A DNA stretch of 248,000 nt from Hyalangium minutum (GTDB lineage: Bacteria > Myxococcota > Myxococcia > Myxococcales > Myxococcaceae), in NCBI RefSeq assembly GCF_000737315.1, contig NZ_JMCB01000008.1, positions 20,001 to 268,000 on the forward strand, given 5' to 3'. Shown piece after piece: positions 54,689 to 65,729 of this stretch. The position numbers were made by a program, and so were the translations under genes. The notes under the pieces are model-generated. The model was not told where the DNA came from. It was given only the letters and a program-made list of their open reading frames with translations, and did not search any database. Within the stretch, counting starts at the first letter, position 1. The number at the start of each line of letters is the position of its first letter.

Positions 54689-55945
54689 TTACTTCAACCG
54701 CGAGGCATACAGCGGGAAGGACTTCGTCAGCTCCTTCACCTTGCCACGGACGTGCGCCAGGTGAGCCTCGTCGGAAGCGTGATCCAGCGCCTCGCCGATG
54801 AGCTGGCCGACGATGGCCATCTCGGCCTCCTTCATGCCGCGGGTGGTAATGGCGGGGGTGCCCACGCGGACGCCGGAGGCCACCGTGGGCTTCTCCGGGT
54901 CGAAGGGGATCATGTTCTTGTTCACGGTGATGCCGGCCTTGTCCAGCACCTCCTCGGCCACCTTGCCGGTGATCTTCTTGGGGCGCAGGTCCACCAGCAT
55001 GAGGTGGTTGTCCGTGCCACCCGAGCACAGGCGCAGGCCCGCCTTCTGGAGCGCCTCGGCCAGGGCCTTGGCGTTGGCGACGATCTGCCGCTGGTAGGCC
55101 TTGAACTCGGGGGTGAGCGCCTCGCGGAAGGCCACGGCCTTGGCGGCGATGACGTGCATCAGCGGACCGCCCTGGATGCCCGGGAAGATCTGGCTGTTGA
55201 CCGTCTTGGCGTACTGCTCCTTGCACAAGATGAGGCCGCCACGAGGGCCGCGCAGCGTCTTGTGCGTGGTGGAGGTGACGAACTCCGCCAGGGGCACCGG
55301 CGAGGGGTGAATGCCTGCGGCCACCAGGCCGGCGATGTGGGCCATGTCCACCATCATCGCGGCGCCCACGCTGTCGGCGATCTCGCGGAACTTGGCGAAG
55401 TCGAGGGTGCGCGGGTACGCGCTGGCGCCTACGACGATGACGCGCGGCTTGTGCTCCTGGGCCAGCGAGGCCACCTGGGCGAAGTCGATCGTCTCCGTGT
55501 CGCGGGTGAGCCCGTAGTGGACCACCTTGTAGAGCTTGCCGGAGAAGTTGAAGGCAGCGCCGTGGGTGAGGTGGCCGCCGGAGTTCAGGTCCAGCGACAG
55601 CATGGTGTCACCGGGCTTCATCAGCGCCATGTAGGCGCCCATGTTGGCCTGGCTGCCGGAGTGGGGCTGGACGTTGGCGGCCTCGGCGCCGAACAGCTCC
55701 TTGACGCGGTTGATGGCCAGGTTCTCGGCCACATCCACCACCTCGCAGCCGCCGTAGTAGCGCTTGCCCGGGTAGCCCTCGGCGTACTTGTTGGTGAGCA
55801 CCGAGCCCACGGCCGTCATCACCGCCGGGCTGACGAAGTTCTCCGAGGCGATGAGCTCCAGTCCCTGCTCCTGGCGCTCCGTCTCCTGACGGACGACCTG
55901 GGCGATCTCGGGATCAACCTCTGCCAGCGTACGGGTGTTCTCCAT
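54689..55945 (-). CDS. glyA: Serine hydroxymethyltransferase
   Basis: [18 protein letters not shown]. Confidence 0.98.
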   Translation of the reverse strand: MENTRTLAEVDPEIAQVVRQETERQEQGLELIASENFVSPAVMTAVGSVLTNKYAEGYPGKRYYGGCEVVDVAENLAINRVKELFGAEAANVQPHSGSQANMGAYMALMKPGDTMLSLDLNSGGHLTHGAAFNFSGKLYKVVHYGLTRDTETIDFAQVASLAQEHKPRVIVVGASAYPRTLDFAKFREIADSVGAAMMVDMAHIAGLVAAGIHPSPVPLAEFVTSTTHKTLRGPRGGLILCKEQYAKTVNSQIFPGIQGGPLMHVIAAKAVAFREALTPEFKAYQRQIVANAKALAEALQKAGLRLCSGGTDNHLMLVDLRPKKITGKVAEEVLDKAGITVNKNMIPFDPEKPTVASGVRVGTPAITTRGMKEAEMAIVGQLIGEALDHASDEAHLAHVRGKVKELTKSFPLYASRLK

Positions 55946-55980
55946 GGGGTGCCTCGACAGGTGAGAGGTTCAGATGGGCC

Positions 55981-56424
55981 TTAGCGCTCGGACTCAGCCT
56001 CGCGGATCTTCTGGACGCGCTGCTCGTGCCGGCCGCCCGCGAAGGGGGTGGCCAGGAAGGCCTCGAGGATGGCCTGGGCAACACCGGAGCCCACCACCCG
56101 CTGCCCCAGGCACAGCACGTTGGCGTCATTGTGAGCGCGGGCCATCCGCGCCTCATACTCGGTGGTGCACAGGGCGGCGCGCACGCCCTTGTACTTGTTG
56201 GCCACGATGCTCATGCCGATGCCCGTGCCGCACACCAGCACGCCGTGGGTGTACTGCCCGGCGGCGACTGCGCGAGCCACCCGGGTGGCGAAGTCCGGGT
56301 AGTCCACGGACTCGCGTGAGGTGGGGCCCACGTCCTCGAAGGCAACACCGCGCTCCCGGAGCCCGTCCACCAGCGCCTGGCGGAGCTCGAGCCCCGCGTG
56401 GTCGGATGCCAGGATGATCTTCAC
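55981..56424 (-). CDS. rpiB: Ribose-5-phosphate isomerase B
   Basis: SDHAG, CGTGIG, GGRH. Confidence 0.96.
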   Translation of the reverse strand: MKIILASDHAGLELRQALVDGLRERGVAFEDVGPTSRESVDYPDFATRVARAVAAGQYTHGVLVCGTGIGMSIVANKYKGVRAALCTTEYEARMARAHNDANVLCLGQRVVGSGVAQAILEAFLATPFAGGRHEQRVQKIREAESER

Positions 56425-56454
56425 GCGGGGCTCCTCCCTGGGGAGCGGAACGCT

Positions 56455-57711
56455 CTACTTGAAGCGCCGGAACAGCAGCACCGCGTTGGTGCCACCGAAG
56501 CCGAACGAGTTGCTCATGGCCGCATCGACCCGGATCTCGCGCGGCTGGTTCGGCACGTAGTCCAGATCGCACTCCGGGTCAGGCGTGGTGTAGTTGATGG
56601 TCGGGGGCAGCACGCCGCGCAGCAGGGCCAGCACACTGACGACGGCCTCGGCGCCACCGGCCGCGCCGAGCATGTGCCCAGTCATCGACTTGGTGGAGGA
56701 CACGGCCACCTTCTTGGCGTGCGCGCCAAAGACGGCCTTGATGGCCTTGGACTCGTTGGCGTCGTTGTACGGGGTAGAGGTGCCGTGGGCGTTGATGTAG
56801 CCCACCTCCTCCGGGTTGAGCCCCGACGAGGCCAGCGCCAGGCGCATGCAGCGGGCCGCGCCCTCGCCCTCGGGGGCCGGCGCGGTGACGTGGTTGGCGT
56901 CCGAGTTGGCGCCGTAGCCCACCAGCTCCGCGAGGATGGTGGCGCCGCGCTTCTTGGCCGACTCCAGCTCCTCCAGGATGACGATGCCGGCGCCCTCACC
57001 CATCACGAAGCCATCACGGTCCTTGTCGAACGGGCGGCTGGCGGCGGAGGGGTTGTCGTTGTGCGTGGACAGCGCCTTCATCACCGAGAAGCCACCCATG
57101 CCCAGCGGGGTGATGGCGGCCTCGGCGCCACCGGCGATCACCGCGTCACACTCGCCCAGGCGGATGGACTTCCAGGCCTCGCCAATGGCATGGGCGCTGG
57201 TGGCGCAGGCGGACACCGGGGACCAGTTGGGACCCTTGGCGCCGTACCGGATGGAGATCAGCCCGGGCGCCATGTTGATGATCATCTGAATGATGAAGAA
57301 GGGCGACAGCCGGTCAAACCCCTTCTCCAGGCCCTTCTTGTGCTGCTCCTCGAGCGAAGCGATGCCGCCAATGCCCGAACCGACGATGACGCCAACGCGC
57401 TCCTGCTGGTAGCCGTGCGGCTTGTCCGTGCCGATGGGAAGGCCGCTCTCCTTCACGGCCATCTCGGCGGCGGCCACCGCGTACTGGGCGAACAGGTCCA
57501 TCCGGCGCACTTCGCGCTTGTCCATGTACTGCTCGGGGACGAAGTCCTTCACCTCACCCGCGAACCGCGTGTCGAGCTTGCCGACATCGAAGCGGGTGAT
57601 GGGCGCGATGCCCGACTTACCGGCGAGCATCGCCTGCCAGTTCTTCTCGGTCCCGGTACCCAGTGCCGTGATCAACCCGGTACCCGTGACGACGACTCGA
57701 CGGTTTGACAC
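56455..57711 (-). CDS. fabF: Beta-ketoacyl-ACP synthase II
   Basis: [19 protein letters not shown]. Confidence 0.97.
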   Translation of the reverse strand: MSNRRVVVTGTGLITALGTGTEKNWQAMLAGKSGIAPITRFDVGKLDTRFAGEVKDFVPEQYMDKREVRRMDLFAQYAVAAAEMAVKESGLPIGTDKPHGYQQERVGVIVGSGIGGIASLEEQHKKGLEKGFDRLSPFFIIQMIINMAPGLISIRYGAKGPNWSPVSACATSAHAIGEAWKSIRLGECDAVIAGGAEAAITPLGMGGFSVMKALSTHNDNPSAASRPFDKDRDGFVMGEGAGIVILEELESAKKRGATILAELVGYGANSDANHVTAPAPEGEGAARCMRLALASSGLNPEEVGYINAHGTSTPYNDANESKAIKAVFGAHAKKVAVSSTKSMTGHMLGAAGGAEAVVSVLALLRGVLPPTINYTTPDPECDLDYVPNQPREIRVDAAMSNSFGFGGTNAVLLFRRFK

Positions 57712-57803
57712 GTTCCTCTCCAACAGGGTGGCTGCAACGACAGCGCGCGCGGCCACGGGAACGCTGGAGGCCAGCGTTCCTCCGGCCCGGCCACGCAAAC
57801 GCC

Positions 57804-58055
57804 TTACTTCTTATCGTTCTTGTGGGTGTTGATGTAGTTGACGGCGTCAGCGACGGTCTTGATGTTCTCGGCCTCCTCGTCGGGGATCTCGACCTCGAAC
57901 TCCTCCTCCATCGCCATCACGAGCTCCACGATGTCGAGGCTGTCGGCGCCAAGGTCCTCAATAAAGGAGGACTCGGGCTTGATCTCCTCCTCCCCCACCC
58001 CGAGCTGGTCGGCGATGATGGACTTGACCTTGGACTCGATAGTTGCGTTCGACAT
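57804..58055 (-). CDS. acpP: Acyl carrier protein
   Basis: DLGADSLD. Confidence 0.97.
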   Translation of the reverse strand: MSNATIESKVKSIIADQLGVGEEEIKPESSFIEDLGADSLDIVELVMAMEEEFEVEIPDEEAENIKTVADAVNYINTHKNDKK

Positions 58056-58160
58056 AAGTGCTGAATCCTCCAGGAACCATGTGGGGGCCCGCCCTACTTC
58101 CCGGGCCCAATCAAAGGCGGGCGCGGTATATCCCACGACCGCCAGCAATCCAACCGTGGG

Positions 58161-58907
58161 CTACATGTACATGCCGCCATTCACCTTCAGGACTTCTCCG
58201 GTGATGTAGGCGGCCGAATCGCTGGCCAGGAATACCACAGCGTTGGCCACCTCTTCCGGGGTGCCCAGACGGGCCAGCGGAATGGTCTCCACCATCTTCT
58301 TACGCATCTCGTCATTGATGCTCGCCGTCATGTCCGTGCCAATGAAGCCCGGAGAGACAGCGTTGACGCGGATGTTGCGGCTGGCCAGTTCCTTGGCCAC
58401 CGACTTGGTCAGGCCAATGAGGCCCGCCTTGGAGGCGGAGTAAGCGGCCTGTCCCCCATTGCCCGACTCGCCGACAATGGAGGTGAGGTTGATGATGGCC
58501 CCGCTGCGCTGCTTCATCATCGGCCGGCTGGCGGCGCGGATGAGCGCAAAGGCGCCCTTGAGGTTGGTGTCCAACTGCTTGTCCCAGTCCTCGTCCTTCA
58601 TCCGCATGACCAGGCCGTCCACGGCCACGCCCGCGTTGTTGACGAGCACGTCCAGCCGGCCGTGCGTCTTGACGAGGGTATCCACGGCGGAGGCGCACGC
58701 GGCGGTGTCCGCCACGTCGAACTTCACGGCCTCGGCCTTGGCGCCCGCCTCCTGGACGAGCTTGACCGACTCCTGAGCCGCCGCCTCGTTGCCGGCATAG
58801 TTGACGACGACCACGGCAGCGCCCGCCTTGGCGAACGCCACCGCGCACGCCCGGCCAATGCCGCGCGAGCCACCGGTTACCAGAACCACCTTGTCCTTGA
58901 AGCTCAT
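58161..58907 (-). CDS. fabG: 3-oxoacyl-ACP reductase
   Basis: TGGSRGIG, YSASK. Confidence 0.96.
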   Translation of the reverse strand: MSFKDKVVLVTGGSRGIGRACAVAFAKAGAAVVVVNYAGNEAAAQESVKLVQEAGAKAEAVKFDVADTAACASAVDTLVKTHGRLDVLVNNAGVAVDGLVMRMKDEDWDKQLDTNLKGAFALIRAASRPMMKQRSGAIINLTSIVGESGNGGQAAYSASKAGLIGLTKSVAKELASRNIRVNAVSPGFIGTDMTASINDEMRKKMVETIPLARLGTPEEVANAVVFLASDSAAYITGEVLKVNGGMYM

Positions 58908-59842
58908 GCTGCCCCCAGCGCCGCCAGCGTCTTCTCGAGGCTCGCGGCGTCTTCGACGTTGAACGTCTCGATGTCCTTGCTGATGCGCTTGACGAGCCCG
59001 GCCAGCACCTTGCCCGGCCCCAGCTCCACCACGCGCGTCACTCCTGCGGCCTTGAGGGCCTCCACGCACTCGATCCAGCGGACCGGCGCGCTGACCTGCT
59101 CCAGCAGCAGCGGCACCACGCGGGCGGCGTCGCTGTTGGGCTGGGCCTCCACGTTGGTCACCACAGGAATGCGAGGCGCGGCCACCTTCACCTTGCCGAG
59201 CGCCTCGGCCAGCAGGGGTTTCACCGAATCCATCAGCGCGCAGTGGAAAGGCGCGGACACCGGCAGGGGCATCACGCGCTTGGCGCCCGCCTCCTTGAGC
59301 ATGACTGAGGCGCGGGACACCGCAGAAGCATGGCCGGCGATGACCGTCTGCTCGGGCGAGTTGTAGTTGGCAGGAGCCACCACCTCGCCCTGCGCCGCCG
59401 CATCACAGGCCGCCTTCACCTTGTCCGGCTCCAGGCCCAGCACGGCCGCCATGGCGCCGACACCTGAAGGCACGGCCTCCTGCATGAAGGTGCCACGGGC
59501 ACGAACGGCCCGGACGGCATCCGCCAGCGGCAGCGAGCTCGCGGCCACCAGCGCCGAGTACTCCCCGAGCGAGTGCCCGGCGACGAAGGCGGGCTCCTGC
59601 ACGCGCTTGGAGAACACCGCATGCACGGCCAGAGACACGGTGAGGATCGCCGGCTGGGTGTTGGCGGTGAGCTTCAGCGCCTCCTCGGGCCCCTCGAAGC
59701 ACAGGGTGGACAGCTTCTCACGCAGCGCATCGTCCACAGCCTCGAAGACAGCGCGGGCCTCGGGGAACTTCTCGAGCAGGTCCTTCCCCATGCCCACCTT
59801 CTGGCTGCCCTGGCCGGGGAAGACGAAAGCAATCTTCGACAT
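58904..59842 (-). CDS. fabD: Malonyl-CoA:ACP transacylase
   Basis: FPGQG, GHSLGE, SAPFH. Confidence 0.97.
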   Translation of the reverse strand: MSKIAFVFPGQGSQKVGMGKDLLEKFPEARAVFEAVDDALREKLSTLCFEGPEEALKLTANTQPAILTVSLAVHAVFSKRVQEPAFVAGHSLGEYSALVAASSLPLADAVRAVRARGTFMQEAVPSGVGAMAAVLGLEPDKVKAACDAAAQGEVVAPANYNSPEQTVIAGHASAVSRASVMLKEAGAKRVMPLPVSAPFHCALMDSVKPLLAEALGKVKVAAPRIPVVTNVEAQPNSDAARVVPLLLEQVSAPVRWIECVEALKAAGVTRVVELGPGKVLAGLVKRISKDIETFNVEDAASLEKTLAALGAA

Positions 59843-59874
59843 GTGTCCTCAAACCCTCCCTGACTGCTCTGGGG

Positions 59875-60858
59875 TCACCAGCGCACGACGGCGCTGCCCC
59901 ATGCCATCCCCGCTCCCACCGCCATGATGGCGACGAGGTCCCCGCGCTTGATCTTTCCAGCACGGACGGCCTCATCCAATGCAATGGGCACCGAGGCGGC
60001 GGACGTGTTGCCGTATTTATCGAGGTTGATCCAGCACTTCTCGATCGGGATCTCGATGCGCTGGAGCACCGCCTCGAGGATGCGCATGTTGGCCTGGTGG
60101 ACGATGACGTAATCCACCTGCTGGGGCGTGTAGCCGTGAACCTTGAGCGACTCCAGCGTGATGCCTGTCAGCTCACGCACGGCGCACTTGAAGACCTCGC
60201 GGCCGTTCATGACCACCTTGTGGCGCTGCTCGCGGAGGTTGTCCTCGGTCAGCGGCTCTCGGGAGCCGCCCGCGGGGACGGTGAGGATCTCCGCCAGCGT
60301 GCCGTCCGTGCGCAGGTGGGTGGAGAGGATGCCGCGCCCCTCCTCCTGGGCAGGCGCCAGGACCATGGCCCCGGCCCCGTCGCCAAAGAGGACACAGGTG
60401 TTGCGGTCCTTCCAGTTGAGCAGGCCGGTGAACAGGTCCGCGCCGATCACGAGCGCCCGCTTCGCCTGCCCCGAGCGGACGAACTGCTCCGCCACCGACA
60501 GGGCGTACACCGAGCCCGCGCACGCGGCGGCCACATCGAAGGCAAACGCCTTCTTGGCCCCCAGCTTCGCCTGAACGAGCACCGCGCAGGACGGCATGGG
60601 CATGTCTGGCGTGATGGTCCCCACCACGATCAGATCGATGTCCTCGGGGGCGACCCCGGCCATCTCCAGCGCCTTGCGAGCGGCAGCGACGGCCATGTCG
60701 CTTGTCGCCTCGCCGGGTGCGGCTCTGCGACGCTCCTTGATGCCCGTCCGCTCGGTAATCCAAGCGTCGGACGTATCGACGACCTTCTCGAGATCGTGAT
60801 TGGTAATGACCTGGGCTGGAGCGTAGGAACCCGTTCCGATGATCTGCGCGAGGGGCAC
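59875..60858 (-). CDS. fabH: Beta-ketoacyl-ACP synthase III
   Basis: AAACAG, HQAN, GNTSAAS. Confidence 0.96.
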   Translation of the reverse strand: MPLAQIIGTGSYAPAQVITNHDLEKVVDTSDAWITERTGIKERRRAAPGEATSDMAVAAARKALEMAGVAPEDIDLIVVGTITPDMPMPSCAVLVQAKLGAKKAFAFDVAAACAGSVYALSVAEQFVRSGQAKRALVIGADLFTGLLNWKDRNTCVLFGDGAGAMVLAPAQEEGRGILSTHLRTDGTLAEILTVPAGGSREPLTEDNLREQRHKVVMNGREVFKCAVRELTGITLESLKVHGYTPQQVDYVIVHQANMRILEAVLQRIEIPIEKCWINLDKYGNTSAASVPIALDEAVRAGKIKRGDLVAIMAVGAGMAWGSAVVRW

Positions 60859-61183
60859 GTGGTACTCCCGAAGTGTCGTCGGAACACAACGCCGAGCGCG
60901 GCGTCTCTAATCGGAAATACCGCCCACTGTCGCTCTTTTTCCTATCTGGTCAGCGGGCGGCCGAGCAGCGCCCGGCAACGTAGCGAGCCTCCCTGACACC
61001 CGGCGGCGCGCCCCAGAGTGGGCACACCCGACGGACTTCACGGGAGGACATAGCCATGCCCGGACGCCGCGAGCGTTGCGCGGCGCGGCGCGGCGCGGCG
61101 AGCAGACCTCAGGATAAACGGGCAGCGTTCCTGGGCGGGCTCGAGGCCCGCCCAGGCGAGGAGGAGCCTGGAAGGCGCCTCAC

Positions 61184-61366
61184 CTACTCCGTGGCGATGA
61201 CTTCACGGCCACCATAGTTACCGCAGGCGGCGCAGGCGCGGTGCGGCAGCACCGGCTCCTTGCACTTGGCGCACTTGATGACCTGCACGGCGGAGCGCAG
61301 GTTGTTGTTGGCCGCGCGACGGCGATCCCGGCGCATCTTCGACGTCCGCTTCTTGGGAACTCCCAC
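61184..61366 (-). CDS. rpmF: 50S ribosomal protein L32
   Basis: VPKKRTSK, CxxC...CxxC. Confidence 0.96.
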   Translation of the reverse strand: MGVPKKRTSKMRRDRRRAANNNLRSAVQVIKCAKCKEPVLPHRACAACGNYGGREVIATE

Positions 61367-61375
61367 GACTCACCT

Positions 61376-61966
61376 CTAGTTCAGCTTGATGTTCATGAGC
61401 GGCGCGAGCCGAGGGTCGATGACCTTCGTCTCGCAACCACACTGCTTCTCGTTGAGGTTCTGGCCACACTGCGCGCAGAGCCCCTTGCAGTCCTCACGGC
61501 AGACTGCGTTCATCGGGAGGGCGAGCAATACCTGCTCTCGGATGATCGGATCCAGATCGATCGTCTTGCCGTCGAACACTTCCTCGTCGGCATCCTCCAA
61601 CTCAAAGGAACCGGCCGTCTCCCCCTGCCCGCGATCATCGTCCGTCGCCTTCTCGCCCCCCACGTCATCACCCCGGACGAGCGACTCAGGGACCAGGTTG
61701 ATCGTGAAGGCCACGGGCAGGTCCAGCGTCACGTCCACGAGGCAGCGCTTGCACGGCGCGGCCATATGGGCCGTGAACTTCCCCTCCACCAGCACTCCGC
61801 CGCTCACCTTCCGCAAGGACGCATGAAGCGTCGAGGGACGGGTCGCCCGGAAGCCGGTGTCCCGGCCAGCCCCTGCCCCAGTGAGTACCTCCTGGAGCAG
61901 CTCGAGACCGATGGGCTCATCCAGCTTGAGCCCCGGCTCTTGAATTTGTTCAATCTTTACGAGCAT
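61376..61966 (-). CDS. yceD: YceD/DUF177 protein
   Basis: CKRC, LPMNAVC..DCKGLC..CG, DPRL. Confidence 0.9.
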   Translation of the reverse strand: MLVKIEQIQEPGLKLDEPIGLELLQEVLTGAGAGRDTGFRATRPSTLHASLRKVSGGVLVEGKFTAHMAAPCKRCLVDVTLDLPVAFTINLVPESLVRGDDVGGEKATDDDRGQGETAGSFELEDADEEVFDGKTIDLDPIIREQVLLALPMNAVCREDCKGLCAQCGQNLNEKQCGCETKVIDPRLAPLMNIKLN

Positions 61967-62129
61967 CTACAAGGCGTCCAGACAAAAGGGCGCGCAACAT
62001 AGAGGGGCACCCCCCAAAAGTCAACGCGCCTCCGTTGATGAAAAAACACGGTGGATTTCACCCGGCCGTGACCCGGCCCTGGGCACCTTCCGTGGATCCT
62101 CCTAATAACGCTCTGGTACCGTCCATGTA

Positions 62130-63047
62130 ATGCACGGTTGGCGACTGCGTGTTGGGGTGAGCATCTTGGTCGGCGGGCTCCTGAGCCCTGCCCTGGTCTC
62201 GGCTCGGCCGGCCTTCCCCTCGCCCCTCCTCTTCCAGCTGGGGCCCACGAATCCGGAGATCACCCGCGCCCAGGAGCAGATCGAGCAAGGGGACTTCGAG
62301 GACGCCGTGAAGACCCTGCAGGCGGGCCTGGACAAGCCGGACGTCACGGATGACCAGCTCGTGGAGCTCTACCGCCTGCTCGGGCTGGCCTCGCTCTACC
62401 TGGGCGACGAGGCGCGGGCCCGCGAGGCCTATGAGCGCCTGCTCCAGGCCCGGCCGGACTTCGAGCTGTCTCGCAACGCGCCGCCCAAGCTGCGCAACCT
62501 CTACGCGCGCATCAAGGAGGACATCAAGAGCCGGCGCGTCCGCCCCGTGACGCTCACGGTGGACCCCATCCCGGATCCCCAGGGCGGTGAGCCGGTGACG
62601 GTGGACGCGCGCATCCAGGACATGGCCCTGGGCGCCAAGGCGAAGATCTTCTACCGGCGCGCCGGCGACCAGGCCTTCAACTCCGTGGACTTCATCCGCG
62701 ACCGCTCCACCTCTAATAAGGAGAAGGAGCGCTACCGCGCCACCCTGCCCGCCTACGAGCTCCCCGCCGAGGCCACCGCCTACGAGGTGGAGTACTACTT
62801 CGAGGTGGCGGACGCGGCGCAGCGGCGGCTGGCGGGCCGGGGCGACTCCTTCCACCCGCTCGTGTTCCAGGTCCTGCCCCAGCAGGCGGGCCAACCCGCA
62901 GCGACTGCCTCCCGCCCTTGGTACAAGAGCCCCTGGCTCTGGGTCGCCGTGGGCGCAGTGGCCGTCGGAGGCACCGCCGCGGGTGTCGCCATCGCCACCT
63001 CCGAGGAGCGCGGCCGCGTCCCCGTCACCATCCGCGTCAATCCATGA
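62130..63047 (+). CDS. Exported TPR-like protein with C-terminal TM
   Basis: Signal peptide, TPR-like helices, PWYKSPWLW. Confidence 0.6.
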   Translation: MHGWRLRVGVSILVGGLLSPALVSARPAFPSPLLFQLGPTNPEITRAQEQIEQGDFEDAVKTLQAGLDKPDVTDDQLVELYRLLGLASLYLGDEARAREAYERLLQARPDFELSRNAPPKLRNLYARIKEDIKSRRVRPVTLTVDPIPDPQGGEPVTVDARIQDMALGAKAKIFYRRAGDQAFNSVDFIRDRSTSNKEKERYRATLPAYELPAEATAYEVEYYFEVADAAQRRLAGRGDSFHPLVFQVLPQQAGQPAATASRPWYKSPWLWVAVGAVAVGGTAAGVAIATSEERGRVPVTIRVNP

Positions 63048-63550
63048 GCCCGCGTCCTCTTCCGCTTGCTTTGCTGCTCCTCCCGCTCGCCGCTGGCTGT
63101 GGCGAGGACTTCCACCCTGGCACAGCCCGCTTCGGGGTAGACCTCCTCGTGGACAAGGCCGTCGCGAGCCAGCTCTCCGCCTTTCAGATCGCGGTCCTTC
63201 CCAATGGGAAGCAGCGCAACTGCACGGACCTCCAGAGGATGTGCCTGCGCTCGCAGGTGAAGATCGACGAGCTGCTGGTGCTGCACGACGGCAAGGGCGC
63301 CGAGGGCCGCGCCCTCCGCTTCCCGGTGAACCTGACCGGCACCGGCGGCACCACGCAAGACGTCAGCGTGGAGGTGCCCGTGGGCCGCGACTACGCGCTC
63401 GTCATCGAGGCGCTGTCCGTGGACAACCCTCCTCAGTTCCTGGGCAGCTCCTGCAACCGCCTACCGGAGGTCAACGCGAGCCGGAACGATCCGATCCTCG
63501 CCGAGCCCATCACCCTGACCTCCGTGGCGTGCGATCCCACCATCCCCTGA
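63044..63550 (+). CDS. Hypothetical lipoprotein
   Basis: LAAGC lipobox. Confidence 0.6.
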   Translation: MSPRPLPLALLLLPLAAGCGEDFHPGTARFGVDLLVDKAVASQLSAFQIAVLPNGKQRNCTDLQRMCLRSQVKIDELLVLHDGKGAEGRALRFPVNLTGTGGTTQDVSVEVPVGRDYALVIEALSVDNPPQFLGSSCNRLPEVNASRNDPILAEPITLTSVACDPTIP

Positions 63551-63615
63551 GCCGGGGCCCCGTGCCTGGCCGCCTCCCCGGGGTGCGGCGAGTCTGAACC
63601 AGACACTCTGTGTGG

Positions 63616-63637
63616 GTTTCACATCGCTGTCACAATG
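63616..63637 (+). promoter_or_regulatory. Pho-box-like direct repeat
   Basis: GTTTCAC and CTGTCAC 11 bp apart upstream of phoB. Confidence 0.6.
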
Positions 63638-63658
63638 GGATCTGCTAGTGCTAGGGGC

Positions 63659-64339
63659 ATGGCGCGCATCCTGATCATCGAGGACGAGCAGGACCTCGCT
63701 GGACTCGTCGAGTACAACCTGCGCGCGGCGGGGTTCGAGACGGAGACGGCGAACACCGGCGCGGGCGGCCTGGCCAAGGCCCGGGCGCGAATGCCGGACC
63801 TCGTGCTGCTGGACCTGATGCTCCCGGACGTGGCCGGCAGCGAGGTGCTCCGGATGCTCAAGAGCGACACGGAGCTGCGCAAGGTGCCCGTCGTCATCGT
63901 CAGCGCCAAGGGCCAGGAGTCCGACCGCATCCAGGGCCTGGAGCTGGGCGCGGATGACTACGTGGTGAAGCCCTTCTCCGTCCGCGAGCTGATGCTGCGG
64001 GTCAGGGCGGTGCTGCGGCGCTCGGACGCGGACGAGGGCCCTGCCGCCCAGCTCACCGCCGGGGACATCCAGCTGGACACCGCCCGCCACCAGGTGCGCG
64101 TGAAGGGCCAGGAGGTGATCCTCACCGCGCTGGAGTTCCGCCTGCTGCGCACGCTGATGGAGCGCGGCGAGCGGGTGCAGACGCGCGAGGTCCTCCTATC
64201 CGACGTCTGGGGCATCCAGGCGGAGATCCACACCCGCACCGTGGACACGCACATCAAGCGCCTGCGCGAGAAGCTGGGGCCCGCGGGCGATATCATCGAG
64301 ACGGTCCGCGGCGTCGGCTACAAGCTCAACGTGCCGTGA
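63659..64339 (+). CDS. phoB: PhoB/PhoP-type response regulator
   Basis: Receiver + winged helix; next to phoR and pst. Confidence 0.85.
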   Translation: MARILIIEDEQDLAGLVEYNLRAAGFETETANTGAGGLAKARARMPDLVLLDLMLPDVAGSEVLRMLKSDTELRKVPVVIVSAKGQESDRIQGLELGADDYVVKPFSVRELMLRVRAVLRRSDADEGPAAQLTAGDIQLDTARHQVRVKGQEVILTALEFRLLRTLMERGERVQTREVLLSDVWGIQAEIHTRTVDTHIKRLREKLGPAGDIIETVRGVGYKLNVP

Positions 64340-64358
64340 GCGCCTCGCTGGGCTGACC

Positions 64359-65717
64359 ATGCGCAACCTCCTCGTGCCGCTGCTGTTGCCCGCGATGGGC
64401 GTCATCGTGGTGCTGGTCGTCCTGGGGACCCCGGGCAGCGCCATCGCCGCGGCCATGGTGACGATGGCGGGCTTCGTCATCGCCATCGTCGCCAGCCGGG
64501 ACAGCATCCAGCGCCAGCTCCAGGTGCTCTTGCGAAAGACACGGGGCCGCATCGAGGGCACTCCCTCAGGGCCCTCCGTCGCCCAGGAGGAGGACACCTT
64601 GGACGAGGTGGCCCACCTGGAAGGAGCCATCCAGTCGCTCCACTCCCGGTTGACCGCTCAGAACGCCCAGCTCTCCCAGGAGACCCGCACCCTCACCGCC
64701 GTGCTGGACAGCATGATCGAGGGCATCTGGATCACCGACGCCCAGGGCACCGTGGTGCACCACAATGACGCCCTGCGCGAGATGCTCCAGCCAGGCAGCA
64801 CGGGGATTGTCGGCCAGCGCCCCCTCGCCCTCATCCGCAACGAGGAGCTGAACGACGCGGTCATTCGCGCCTGCCGCGAGGGCGCCTCCACCCGCCTGGA
64901 GCTGCAGCTGGAGGGGCTCTTTCCCCGCACGCTCGCCATCCGCGTCACCCCCCTGGGCAAGGACCTGCCGGGCAGCGCCGCCGTGTTTCACGATGTGACG
65001 GAGCTGCGGCGGCTGGAGAAGGTCCGCAAGGACTTCGTGGCCAACGTCTCGCACGAGCTGCGCACCCCCATCACCGCCATCCGCGGCTACTCGGAGACGC
65101 TCCAGAGCGGCGCGCTGAAGGACCCGGAGGTGGCTCCCAAGATGGTGGAGATCATCCACCGCCAATCCGAGCGCCTCTCCGAGCTCGTCGAGGACCTGCT
65201 GGAGCTGTCCCGGCTGGAGTCCCGCGAGGTGAAGCTGAACATCTCCCATGTCCCCATGGCCGTGGCCACGGCTCGGGCCGCGGAGACCGTCCGGCCCAAG
65301 GCGGCGGGGAAGAACATCCAGCTGGAGCTCCACGTCCCCACTGACTTGATGGCCCGAGGAGACGAGCGGGCGGTCGAGCAGGTGCTCCTCAACCTGCTGG
65401 ACAACGCAGTGAAGTACACCCCGCCCGGCGGCCGGGTGGACGTCTTCGGCACATTGGAAGAAGGGCGCTGCGTGGTCCGGGTGAAGGACACCGGGGTGGG
65501 CATCGAACCCAAGCACCTGGCCCGAATCTTCGAGCGCTTCTACCGGGTGGACAAAGGTCGCAGCCGGGACATGGGCGGCACGGGCCTGGGGCTCTCCATC
65601 GTGAAGCACCTGGTCGGGGCCATGGAGGGGGAGGTCAAGGTAGAGAGCCAGCCCCAGGTCGGCAGCCTTTTTGCGATTTTTCTCCCTGTGGCTGCCCCGG
65701 AGGCGGCATCCGGGTAG
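64359..65717 (+). CDS. phoR: PhoR-type histidine kinase
   Basis: PAS, ANVSHELRTP, FERFYRVDK. Confidence 0.88.
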   Translation: MRNLLVPLLLPAMGVIVVLVVLGTPGSAIAAAMVTMAGFVIAIVASRDSIQRQLQVLLRKTRGRIEGTPSGPSVAQEEDTLDEVAHLEGAIQSLHSRLTAQNAQLSQETRTLTAVLDSMIEGIWITDAQGTVVHHNDALREMLQPGSTGIVGQRPLALIRNEELNDAVIRACREGASTRLELQLEGLFPRTLAIRVTPLGKDLPGSAAVFHDVTELRRLEKVRKDFVANVSHELRTPITAIRGYSETLQSGALKDPEVAPKMVEIIHRQSERLSELVEDLLELSRLESREVKLNISHVPMAVATARAAETVRPKAAGKNIQLELHVPTDLMARGDERAVEQVLLNLLDNAVKYTPPGGRVDVFGTLEEGRCVVRVKDTGVGIEPKHLARIFERFYRVDKGRSRDMGGTGLGLSIVKHLVGAMEGEVKVESQPQVGSLFAIFLPVAAPEAASG

Positions 65718-65729
65718 GATAACGGCACG

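Noticed and set aside
54160-54700. FMN riboswitch ahead of the rib genes
   Set aside because: ribD overlaps nrdR with no leader space, and no RFN consensus was seen
61075-61100. GCGCG microsatellite as a regulatory switch
   Set aside because: Short and expected by chance at this GC content
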